This document shows, one piece after another, positions 27,306-40,104 of a stretch of DNA of 64,000 nucleotides. The DNA is taken from the NCBI RefSeq assembly GCF_009914755.1, contig NC_060928.1; one strand, written 5' to 3'. This DNA comes from the human T2T-CHM13v2.0 reference genome, Homo sapiens. The notes beneath the pieces are model-generated. The model saw only the letters and a list, made by a program, of their open reading frames with translations, did not search any database and was not told the origin of the DNA. A program made the position numbers and the translations under genes. Every line of letters starts with the position of its first letter. Position 1 is the first letter of the stretch.

Positions 27306-29806
27306 GAGATATTTTACCTCCCTGATTAGCTGTATTCCTAGGTATTTTATTTTATCTTTTCTTTTTTGTGGCTGTTGTGAATGGGATTGCATTCTTTATT
27401 TGGCTCTCAGGTTGGACATTGTATATAGAAGTGCTACAGATTTTTATACATTGACTGTATCCTGAAACTTTGCTGAAGTTGTTTATCAGGTCTAGGAGAT
27501 TTTGGGCAAAGACTATGGGGTTTTCTAGGTACAAAACAATATGGTCTTCAAACTGGGGTAGTTTGACTTCCTCTCTTCCTATTTGAATGCCTTTTATTTC
27601 TTTATCTTACCTGATTGCTCTGGCGAGGACTTCCAGTATTACATTGAATAGGAGTGGTGAGAGTGAGCATCCTTGTCTTGTTCAGGTTCTCAGTGGAAAT
27701 GCTTCCAGCTTTTGCCCATTCAGTACAATGTTGATTATAATTTTGTCACAGAATTACAAAAGACTGCTCAAAGAAATCAGAAACAACACAAACAAATGAA
27801 AACATACTATGCGCATGGATTGCAAGAATCAATACTGTTAAAATGGCTATGCTGCCCCAAAGCATCTACAGGTTAATTGCAGTTCTTATTGAACTACTAA
27901 TGCCATTTTTCACAGAAAGAGTAAAAACGATTCTAAAATTCACATGAAGCCAAAAAAGGTCCCAAATAACCAAATGAATCCTAAGTAAAAAGAACAAAGC
28001 TAGAGGCATCACCTTACCCCACTTCAAACTATACAAGGTTACAGTAACCAAAACAGCATGGTACTGATACAAAAACAGACACATAGACCAATGCAACAGA
28101 ATAGAGAGCCCAGAAATAAAGCCATAAACCTACAACTGTCTAATCTTTGATAAAGTTGACAAAAACAAGGAATGGGGAGAGGACTCCCTATTCAATAAAT
28201 GGTGCTATCCAATAAATGGTTGAATAGCGGCCAGGCACAGTGGTTCATGCCTGTAATCCCAGCACTTTGGGAGGCCAAGGCGGGTGGATCACAAAGTCAG
28301 GAGATTGAGACCCTCTTGGCTAACACGGTGAAACCCCCTCTCTACAAAAAATACAAAAAATTAACTTGGCGTGGCAGCATGCACTTGTAGTCCCAGCTGC
28401 TGGGGAGGCTGAGGCAGGAGAATGGTGAGAACCTGGGAGGCAGAGCTTGCGGTGAGATGAGATTGCACCACTGCACTGGAGTGGGAGACAGCCTGGGAGA
28501 CAGAGTGAGACTCTCTCTCAAAAAAAAAAAAAAAAAAAAAAAGGTTGAATGGCATTTCAACCATTATTAAGGCTAGCCATGTGCAGAAGATTGAAACTGT
28601 ACTTCTTCCTTTCACCATATACAAAAATCAACTCACGATGGATTAAAGACTTAAATGTAAAATCTAAAACTGTAAAAACCCTAGAAGAAAATCTGGGAAA
28701 TACCATTTTGGACATAGGCTCTGGCAAAGAGTTCATGATGAAGATGCCAAAAGCAATTGCAACAAAACAAAAAAAATTACAAGTGGGAACTAAATTAACT
28801 AACTTTAATTGAACTAAAGAGCTTCTGAATGACAAAAGAACCTATCAACAGAATAAACAGATGACTTACACAATGGGAGAAAATATTTGCAAACTATGCA
28901 TCCGACAAAGGGCTAATATTCAGCATCTATAAGGAACTTAAACAAATTTACAAGCAAAAACCAAACAACCCCAATAAAAGTGAGCAAAGGACATGAACAG
29001 ACACTTTTCAAAAGAAGACGTACACGAGGCCAACAAGCATATGAAAGAATGTTCAACATCACTAATCATCAGAGAAATACAAATCAAAGCCACAAGACAT
29101 ACTATCTCAAACCAGTCAGAATGGAAGTTATTAAAAAGTCAAAAAATAACAGATGCTGGTGAGGTTGCAGAGAAAAGGGAACACTTATACACTGTTGATG
29201 GGAATGTAAATTAATTCAACCACTGTGAGAAACATTTTGGTGATTTCTCAAAGAGCTCTGAATATAATCACCATTCAAACTAGCAATCCATTATTGGTTA
29301 TATACCCAAAGGAATATAAATTGTTCTACCGTAAAGACACATTCACACATATTCACTGCAGTACTATTCACAATAGCAAAGACATGGAATCAAACTAAAT
29401 GGTAATAAATGGTAGACTGGATTAAAAAAATACATATATACCATGGATTACTACACAGTGATAAAAAATAACAAGATCATGTTCTTTACAGCAACATATG
29501 GAGCTGGAGGCCGTCATCTTAAGCAAACTTACACGAGAGCAGAAAACAAAACACCTCATGTTATCACTTGTACATGGAAGCTAAATATTGAGTACAAGTG
29601 GACACAAAGAGGGAACGATAGATACCAGGGCCTACTTGAAGGTTGAAGGTGGGAGGAAGGTGAGGATAAAAAAACTACCTATTAGTTACTACATTTATCA
29701 CCTGGGTGACAAAATATTTGTGTGTCCGACCCCTGTGACACACAATTTACCTGTCTAACAAACCTGTACATGTATACTTGAACCTAAAATAAAAGTAAAA
29801 AAAAAA
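27306..29806 (+). mobile_element. Older L1PA with 5' inversion (27306-27752 minus, remainder plus)
   Basis: TSD ATCTAACTACA at 27295 and 29807; antisense ORF2 (MYLENP) joined to sense ORF2. Confidence 0.9.
28229..28542 (+). mobile_element. AluY-like element inside the L1
   Basis: gctaacacggtgaaa, gaatggtg and gagcttgc diagnostics; TSD ggttgaat(a/g)gc. Confidence 0.9.
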
Positions 29807-30289
29807 ATCTAACTACATTCGGATCTTCATTTTGGAAGAAAAATTGGAATTGATCAGATAAATGAATTGTTTAAGAATGAACTCTCATCAGTAGGTCTTT
29901 GATAGTGAAGGGCAAAGCTCTGGCCACTGTGGAGAGGTGACCAAAAAAAGTAGGTATTCTTTATTTAAAACAATAACAGAAAATTTGGGTTTTCATTTAT
30001 CTATTGAATACTCAGGAGGTAAGATGTTGGGTTGCCTTAAAGATTCAAAGGAAGAAGGAAAATGGGTAAGAGTGTCCCTAAAAGGGGAGCAATAATGTGA
30101 TAAACCGGGAAACACAAAAAGGGAACTAAGAAATTCTTTTTGTCAGAGATAGCTAGAAATTTAGTAACAATAGTGGCTGTCATTTAGCTTTTAATCTTTA
30201 TTTTTTTGTTCTGCAGCAATTATCCTCTAGTATACCATGGATTTGGTAAAAGATTCACACAATAATATTATGTTCATCATATAAAAGTA

Positions 30290-30492
30290 CAGACATTTGA
30301 GAACACAGTTTTTGCAGCCAAGCTTACGTAGGTTCGAATCCTGACTCTAACACATGACTATCAGCCTCTCAGTGTTTCATTTACCTAAGCTCCAGAATGG
30401 GAGTAAAATGTACTGAATCCACAGATCTGGTCAAGATTAAGTCAGTTAATGTGTATAAAGGTCTTAGACCACTGCTAGGCATATAGTAAAAA
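30290..30492 (+). mobile_element. MIR
   Basis: ggttcgaatcctgactct...cctctcagtgtttcatt...agattaagtcagttaatgtgtataaag. Confidence 0.7.
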
Positions 30493-31560
30493 CTAAAAAA
30501 AAAGTTTTGGAATAAAATGACCCATAGAAAACTAGAGCAGCCTGTGGAAGCATTGGGATTTAACTGCATAATCAAAAAATGAACCAGTAGCAGGGATTTA
30601 GAGTAAAATATCTTGGCAAGTATAAGTGTCCCTTCTGCATGCCCTTATTGTTTGTCATCTCAGGAAGTCTCAGAAATATGAATAAACCTGTTCCAGTTTC
30701 ATGGGATGGAGGCTTGAATTGATTTCATTAGGATATTACTAAAGGGTCACTTGGGAAGGCTGCATGACTTTGGAATACTTTGGCTACATATGCCAAATAG
30801 AAAGTGAAATTTCCCAGTCACCTAACTCCTCAGAAATACCCTGTGTTAACAATCTGATATACAGAATATACTCTTTCACTTTATAGTCTTAATACAATTA
30901 TTTTACTTTTGAATGAAGAAAAATGTGTCTCCAATAATCATTTGAATTTCCCTGAATTGATCAGCATGAAAAAAAAATCTTCAGTTTTCATTGCTGTCAA
31001 GGAAAGATACTGCATAGAAAATTGGGAGACATGAGATTGAATCTTCTGGCTTTAACTTGTTTTAGACTGTGTAAATTGCTTTATTCCTGAAGGACTCTGT
31101 TTCATCATATTTTAAATGGAAGTATTTAGCTAACTCATCCCGAATGTGTCTTCCATATTTAAAAATATATAATTTTAATGGCTCCATAGCAAATTGGGAG
31201 AATGAATTATAATAAAAGTACTTCTATTGCCTAAAGCAAGTTTTTTTCTTTATTTTTTGGACAATAGTTATTCAATAGCCCACACTTAATTTTGTCCAGG
31301 TTTCACCAAACAAGTCACAATTCTAAACACTTCCCAGTAGCTGGGAGAGCGATTCTTCACAATTTTTCCATATGTAGGATAGTTTCATATCTCAATTATA
31401 TTGATTTGCAAGCCTCTTCACTCTTCTAATTGTGAAATATTTATTGAGAGCCCCAGCTGTACTTCATGTAGGTTCTCATGACAATCTCAGTAGGCAGAAG
31501 GCCATTTGATGGCAGTCAACTTACTTGCCCAACCTATTTTTAAAGAGTATGTAGTCAGAA

Positions 31561-32260
31561 ATACACCTACCATATAATTCAGCAATTTCACTTTGGATAT
31601 ATAACCCTCAAAAGGATATCAGTATATTGAAGAGTTATCTGCACTGTTATATTGGCCGCAGCTCTATTTACAATAGCCAAGATATGGAAGCAACTTAAGT
31701 GTCCATCAGCAGGTGAATGAATAAAGAAAATATAGTACTTAGACACAATGGAGTACAGCCATCAAAAAGAATGAGATTCAGGCATTTGCAACAACATGGA
31801 TGGAACTGGAGATCATTATGTTAAGTGAAATAAGCCAGGCACAGAAAGACAAACATTGCATGTTTTCACTTATTTGTGGGATCGAAAAATCAAAACATTA
31901 AACCCACGGAGATAGAGAATAGAAAGATGATTACCAGACAGGGGAAGAATAGTGGGGGTTCTTGGGGGAAGTAGGGATGATTAACAGGTAACAAAAAATA
32001 GTTAGAATGAATGAATAAGGCCTAGCATTTGACAGCACAATGAAGTGACTATAGTCAATGATAATTTAATTGTACACTTAAAAAATAACGAAAGGAGTAT
32101 AATTTGACTGTTTATAACAATAAATTTTAAGGGAATGGATACCCTATTTTCCATGATGTGATTATTAAGCATTGCATATCTGTATCCAAACATCTCATGT
32201 ACCCCATACATATATATATATATATCAATTATGTACCCACAAAATTAAAAATAAAAACAA
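31561..32260 (+). mobile_element. L1MA 3' end (L1MA1-3-like)
   Basis: ttaagtgaaataagccaggcacagaaagac...atgtacccacaaaattaaaaat; flanked by agtcagaa on both sides. Confidence 0.85.
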
Positions 32261-34503
32261 ATAGAGAATTGAGTCAGAATGACCAATCTATAGCAGTTGG
32301 TGTTATAATTGGTGGTAGCAGTGGAAAAGGAAGCAGACAGATCTATAACACAATCTGAGGGAAGAAATGAAAGAGAAAGGGATGATCAGCTATGTCCTCA
32401 TGATCTGACATTTGATATCTAGCTATCACACCAGATAAGGCATTAATTTCTGGAACTTTTCTTTATCCAACTTCCTGAAGTTTTGTCACTATTATTCTTT
32501 ACCACCTAGTCTGCAGTTGTAATATTACTTGATAGAAGTGGATTTTCTTTAGAACCAGTAGCACATAAAGACATTATTCATTTAGCAATTGAGATTTAAG
32601 TTGTCAGATTTGCTTCTGGCACAAAGACTAATAAACTGGGGGCCATTGTGGGGAATACTGTGGGGAACTAGAATTGGGAAAACTCAGGATAACTGAATAC
32701 ACATTGGCAGTTGGAAAGGTTGGTAAAAGGAGAGTGTATAAAAGGAAGAGGGAGCTAATAGATAAATCCTCTGAAAATTTCCTTGAATTGTATATTTTCC
32801 GGAAAGCTGGCCCTCAATCAAAGTTCCTAAGAAACGGAATTAATTGAAAATGTAGATGCTCTAGCTTGAGATGCTTTGAATTTATTTATTCAGCTCAAGG
32901 CATTTGCTCTTCATATATGTTATTTTAGGATTATGATGCCAGATGTTTCTTGTGCGGGATACTGGCAATGAAATTCTTTACATATTTACCTTTTGATTTC
33001 TATCTTGGAGGCTTGACTGAATGCCACATGACTGGAATTAAAATAAATACACAATCCAACTTTTAAGTTAAGCTTTGATAACTTTTCTCACATAGATATA
33101 TACTTAACAAAACTTAATATCATTAATAGTAGGCAGTTTTCTCAATTTTTGTTGATTCTATCTTGTCTGCAATCATACCCTGTGAAATAAAATTAAAAAT
33201 ATATAATTACAGTCCTCTCGGTAGGCTGTTGACTATTTTGAGTTAAAAAGCACTCTGTGCTGGCAGCAGAAACACAGAGGCAGCAGTCTAATTTCCTCTA
33301 TTTCACTAGGTGCCTGCTTAATTGCAACCTTCCATTTACCAGCTCTCTGGCGGCATGCCATTTTTGCTTGTATATTTTTTCATTCAGTTTATCATTCATT
33401 TGTATTTCATCGAGTAACATATAATAGAGACTGCGCTGTTTGCTCTGTAGCTTGTGCACACATTCAGTTGAGCCATTTCTATATTTTGTAGAGTTGATTT
33501 TAACTCAGAGAAGAAATACATTTGTATAAAAATTTAGACTTCAAAAGGTTTTGTTAAGGTGTCTCAGAATTATGAGAAATAACAGAAGAGTGTAAGAATC
33601 ATTTTAGCTGTCAGATTGAAGAGTAAGATGATAGACTGAAAGGAATATGAATCGATGTTAGTGGAAGAGTTTTGCTGTCATATAATGTATTGTGTTAATT
33701 ATTTTTAATGGAAGAAAAGATTCTTGGTACCAGTTTTCAAAACCGTTATCTTGTATATGTATGTAGATAATGTAATTCTTCAAACCATCCAATTATTTAA
33801 TGAAGTCAATAAATCAAAAAATGAAAAATATTCACTAAATATACAATTATATGTTATTGTTTATATACATTTAATTGTATACATGTAAAATATACGGAGT
33901 TTCTTTTCAGCTGAAGCAGTTTTGTTATTTTTGTGGTGCTAAAATTGTATATAATACATTAGGTTTAATAGAATTAGAGATATTTGGTCTGGTTTACAGT
34001 AAATTTATTCAACTTAGATTGTAATCTACATGAAGCCAGAGAGTTTATCTAACTTATTTAGCAACATATTCTGAGACTACCACAAAGTAAATTCTTAATG
34101 TTATTGAGGTACATAAATATCAATATTTAAGTGGTTTTTTTCCTAAAGAGACATGCAGTTAAGATTTACAACATTGTACTGTCTTTGCGAAGGTTCTGGT
34201 CAACTGTTATGAAAAGACAAACTCAGGAAGATAGTAGAGAAGCTGAGATGAAGATAATTCAATCTAGAACTTTAGAATACAAATGTTAGCTTTTGTCAGG
34301 CTAAAAAAAGATTCAATATGAATGTTGGCTTTTAATTTTATATTTAGAGGGAAAAAAGATGACCGGGAGTTATGGGACGAATCAAATGGGAAGGTGAACA
34401 AAGGATTACTTCAGAGTGATGAAAATGTTTTACATCTTGATTGTGGTGGTGGTTACATTTCTGTATCCATTTGCCAAACTCAGAGCTATATGCTTAAAAT
34501 GGG

Positions 34504-34687
34504 TGTTATTTACTGTTTGTAAGTAATATTCTACTTCATATATCTATAATACGTTACTAATATGTTTGCAAATAAAATTTTACTTGTTATTACTGTTTGT
34601 AAGTAATATTCTACTTCATATATCTATAATATGTTACTAATATGTTTGCAAATAAAATTTTACTTGTTATTACTGTTTGTAAGTAAT
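34504..34687 (+). repeat. 80-bp tandem repeat, about 2.3 copies, at an L1M 3' end
   Basis: tactgtttgtaagtaat recurs at 34511, 34591 and 34671. Confidence 0.95.
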
Positions 34688-35784
34688 TGATTTAAAAAAT
34701 GTTCTCCAGGAGGAAAAATAAATAAAAAACTGAAAATAAAGGCAATAGTTGACATGGCATTTTTTAATAGGCTCTAGCCAGAAGAACATTCTAAAACATA
34801 ACTAGAAGCCTGATCTGGAAACAATTCGCCAACTTGGAACATGTTGACTAGAAAATCGATGACTGTCATTTTCATTTTATTTTTCACCTTTTCTGACTAC
34901 TAGCCACTGAATAAGGAATGAGAGAAAATATTAGAGCCCAGAAAGAATCACGAAATCTCCTTGAACTCTTAGATTACGATTAGACAGTAAATTAAAATGA
35001 GGATCCCTCATTTCTGAACAAGCATATTTTTATAATGACATCAAAATTGTTTTTTAAAAATAGTTTTTGTCTCTAATTTTCCTGTCATTGATCATGTTTA
35101 TTCACTCAGCAACATTCCTGCCTCATTTGCTGGGACTAGCTTAACATTTGGCTATGCTTTGAGGGTCTGTCATGAAACCTTATCTGACTTCAAATTATGT
35201 GATCCTTTAAGTTTCTCCACAAGAATGCAAGCTCAGTCATGTAGTCGCAGTGGTTAGCAATGAAACCATTATGTAATGTACTATAAATAAGTAACTCAGG
35301 GATAAATTAATCTCTCCATTGGATTTTCAGAACTTCCTTCAAGAAAGTAGCTCAGAGCAGACAGTTACGGGTTTTCGTGTGTGTGTGTGTGTATGTGTGT
35401 TTACCACTATCTTCTACAGAAAAGTTTATAATATGTTCTTATTTAACTTTTAGTTTCCAATATCTTATGTTCAAATGCCAATTCTATTTGCATTGATAAT
35501 CTATGAGTCTGTTGTAATGATCATTTTTCATAGTTATTGGCTGTCCACTATGTTTTCAACACTCTTTAACATGTTTTGGGGGAATTTTCTCCCTTATTTA
35601 TAAATCCTCTCTTCTCAGAGAAAATGCCAGAAATTTTATTTCCCAGGCTCCCTTGCAATTAGGCCATGAACATGCGACCTAGGCTCTACCAAATGGAAGC
35701 ATCCATTCAGGAGTATGATTTGCAAGAATAGATATCATGTACTGTTACCTCATGTATCTAGGCATAAACTTGGGCACATACAGT

Positions 35785-36073
35785 AGAAACAGGATCTTGC
35801 TTTGTCACCCAGACTGGGTTGCAGTGATGCAATCGTAGTTCCCTGCAGCCTGGAATTTCTGGTCTCAAGAGAGCCTCTCACCTTAGCCTTTTGAGTAGCT
35901 GGGATTACAGGTATGTGACACCATGCCTGGCAAATGTTTTTATTTTTATTTTTTTAGAGAAAGGGATTTACTATATTGCTCAGGCTAGTCTTGAATTCCT
36001 GGCCTCCAATGATTATCCTTCCTTGGCTTCCTGAAGTGCTGGGATTACAGGCTTGAGCCACTGCACCCAGCCT
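35785..36073 (-). mobile_element. AluJ lacking its tail
   Basis: Diverged antisense Alu with no poly-T. Confidence 0.88.
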
Positions 36074-36239
36074 CCCAATGACTAATTAACAGAGAAGAGG
36101 AAAGAGAGTTTGATTTGGTTTATAGATCACCCTTCATGTTATATAAAGAACATGAACCTCCGTATTGTGACAGTAGTACTCAGAGATGTTCCTAAAAGAA
36201 CATGGGAAAGAATAATTATTTTAATGTGAAGAATGTTGA

Positions 36240-36621
<382 letters not shown>

Positions 36622-36801
36622 GGGGAAGAGGTATTTAGATAGATAACAAAATGTACCTACAGTGTGTAATTATTTTTTCCCATGTGACTTATCAACTGAA
36701 GATTGTCACTGGGAAGGAGATGAGCAATATTCTGATAGAAAAGGGTGATCCAGCTAATGAATGTCAGTAACCATGCCGATATTGAGTGGAGTCATTCTTG
36801 C

Positions 36802-37113
36802 TTTTACTTGTTTTTGATTGTTTTTGTTTTTGAGACATTCTCAGTCTGTTGCTCAGGCTGGAATTCAGTGGTGTGATCACAACTCACTGCACCGTTGACC
36901 TCCTTGGGATTAAACAGTCCTTCTGCCTCAGCCTCCTGAGTAGCTGGGACCACAACTGCATGCCACCATGTCCAACAAATTTTTGTATTTTCTGTAGAGA
37001 CAGAGTTTTGCCATGTTGCCCAGTGCTGATCTGGAACTCCTGAGCTCAAGTGATCCATCCGCCTTGGCTGCCCAAAATTCTGGGATTACAGGCATGAGCC
37101 ACCGTGCCCAGGC
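36802..37113 (-). mobile_element. AluJ
   Basis: Antisense Alu; TSD tcattcttg. Confidence 0.9.
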
Positions 37114-39578
37114 TCATTCTTGTTTTTGTGAGATTATGCACTGGATCAGCATGTCCTTCCCTTAGCACTATCTGACCAATTATTGGCTGTATTTGATGGC
37201 CAGTTCACCAGTGGCAGAAGTCTTAGAAGGCAAAACTCTTAACCTCTGATATTAATAGTATACCTGGGGGTGAGGTATGAACTAACCAAGAAGGGTTAAA
37301 CAAATTACTTGGTGGTAGGCTGATGATACTAAACCTATTCTACCATGAATTAGACTGTGATTTGACCTCACTGGAATTAATTACAATTTTGGATTTGGAA
37401 ATTTGGATTTCCTCCCCCTCTTTTCCAGAGACAATATCTATGGACTTATTAAAATGCCTTGTCTACAATTGTGGTGTCCCATATACCAATGCTTTTGACC
37501 ATGGAAATGATTTTTACAGAAACGGAAGTCATGTATAGATATATACTGTTTGGATTTAGAGATATAGCTAGGCACTCAGTCACCCAAAAGCTGCTGGTCT
37601 TGATAAAAGTGTGTAAGATTATTGAACACATATTATGGCACCACCCTTGTGAAGCTGGAATACCATCTTGCAGAATAAGGCAGAAGCTTCTTCCAAAAAT
37701 AAGAAAACAAAGAGATTGAAAGCCAGAATTTCACGTGTCACTTTTACGTCTTATGATCCCTTAACAAAAACTATGTTTCATATTCTATGACCTTTGGCTT
37801 CGTTGGCTTGGAAGACGTAGTGCCGGAGTGAAGAATGCTTCCAACATGACACCCAACTATATTTTTGTAGAACTAGGAGCTGAGACTATTACATAACCAT
37901 TTCAAGCTTTTTGTGCCACTGTATGAATAGGTCAAAAATGGAAGTTATAGTTTTGCTGGGGTGATTGACCCTAATTATCACAGACAACAAGGGCTGACAC
38001 ATGTAGTACAGAAATGAATATTTAAAATACAGGGGATACTCTGGCCTTCATAGTGCTATTATAGCTAGTAGTAAAATGAATGGAAGATCCATGGATGCGT
38101 ACACAGCAGGCAAGACCACCAATCCTTTTGTATTTAAGGAATAAAATTTCATTTACTGTGCCAGGTAAGGATTCTGAACAGCTGAAGAACTAGATGAGGA
38201 ACAGTTGAGGAAAAAGAATTCTAGAATACATGATAGAGAAAGAAAATTATAACTTGAAATAATGAGCAGTTCCAGAAATGAGGAATATAGTATCTACTCA
38301 CATTCCCTGTAGTCTCTTATACATATTCACATATTTCAAAATGTTTTTCCTCTCTCCCTTCCCCCTATTATTTTATATTTATATGTTCTTCTTTCACAAT
38401 GTAGTCCATAAGTTAAAGAATATAAAGATGACATTATGATGGACTTAGACCAGTGATGTCTACCACCTAGATATCTTAGTTTAGAATTGGATGGAGAAAC
38501 TTATGAGGCTTTGGATTTGCCATCCTTTTAGAGGTAGGGCACTTGTATTTTCATTTCTATGAAGAATAGTTCCATTATGTTAAGCTGTGGCATTTTCTTA
38601 TTGTTCAAAGTTTAAATATATTTTTTAAAAAACCTGGTGTTGTTGGGAGGTCACAAAGCAGATAGTAGCAGATGGTAGGATATTTGGCACCTTTTGTGGC
38701 CATCAGCGTGTTGTGAACTATGTTGGGAATTATCAATGTTGTGAATCCCTTCTCTCTAAGACAGAGGTTCCTTTTCCCAGCTTCTCTTATAACTGAAATA
38801 TAGATATTTAATATAAGCTCTACCTATCAGGCACATTGCTCAAGAATTCTGCTTGGAAGACAGTGACATGAAGAAGGAGGCATTCATAGGCTCTTTCAGG
38901 CAATTTTGGCAGAGCCGGTCGAGAGATTTCAGTTTTGGGAGTATAACCCCAGAATCTTTAATGGCTGTGTCCAGGATGTGCCTCTAGTCTTTTCTTAGGA
39001 ACTATCCCTGGCTCTGTAGCCTCTAAGAATGATCCCAGAGAATCTGTGGGCCACCCAATAATTAATAAATTCCTTTTCCTTTTCTACCTAACCTGCTGGA
39101 ATGCTTTTTCCCCATATGTGTCTATTTATTTACAGTATGCTCCCTGAACATAAATGAACTCAAAGAACAAATAATCTGAAAGAACACCTGACCTACATGC
39201 ATACATACTTGTGGGTATGTGCATGTTTGTCTATGAGCATGTGTGTGTATGACATGGGATTAATTCAGTTTTAATATTTCCTTGTTTTTAGAGCTTCTAC
39301 TCTGTAAGTTTTCACATTTTCATTTTATACTTATTTGGTGAAATATTTTCCAAGCGTCCAAAAATAGAAAAAAATAGATTTTGAGGTTCTCAGTGTCACC
39401 CAAAGAAAACTTTTGAAATAGTCTCACAGTATTTTTCTCTTTTCAAAAGAAAATTTCAAGGTATTTCTACTCAAAATTTCATTATCAAGAAAATATCCTC
39501 AATTTTACTAACTTATATAAAGGAGTATATATATATATATATATGACTTCCAGAACATTATTTCTTACTGTTTAAAAT

Positions 39579-39722
39579 AGGCCAGGCACGGTAGCTCATA
39601 CCTGTAATCCCAGCAATTTGTGAGGCTGAGGTGGGAGGATCGCAGGAGGCCAGGAGTCCAAGACTAGCCTGGACAGTATAGTAAGACTCATGGTCTATAA
39701 AAACTAAAGTAAAATAAAATAA
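39579..39722 (+). mobile_element. FLAM (free left Alu monomer)
   Basis: Single monomer plus A-rich tail. Confidence 0.8.
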
Positions 39723-39804
39723 TTGTTAATAGTTTGAGGCTGGAATTTTTATTCTTTGTTCAGTGATCTGGAAAGTCCAAGCACTTATTAATTTTTCTGT
39801 TATT

Positions 39805-40104
39805 TCTTTTCTTTTTTTTGAGGCAGAGTTTTGTTCTGGTGCCCAGGCTGGAGTGCAATGGCACAATCTCGGCTCAACACAATCTCCGCCTCCTGGGTTC
39901 AAGCAATTCTCTTGCCTCAGCCGCCCGAGTAGCTGGGATTACGGGCACCCGCCACCACGCCCAGCTAATTTTTTGTATTTTTAGTAGAGACGGGGGTTCC
40001 TCCATGTTGGTCAGGCTGACCTCGAACACCTGACCTCAGGTGTTCCGCCTGCCTCGGCCTCTCAAAGTGTTGGGATTACAGGCGTCAGCCACCACATCTG
40101 GCCA
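39805..40104 (-). mobile_element. AluS (Sq/Sp-like)
   Basis: Antisense full-length Alu. Confidence 0.93.

Noticed and set aside
30328-30345. GGTTCGAATCC as a tRNA gene
   Set aside because: It is the B-box of a tRNA-derived MIR; no cloverleaf.
34504-34687. CRISPR-like repeat-spacer array
   Set aside because: The intervening segments are near-identical, so it is a plain tandem repeat in eukaryotic DNA.
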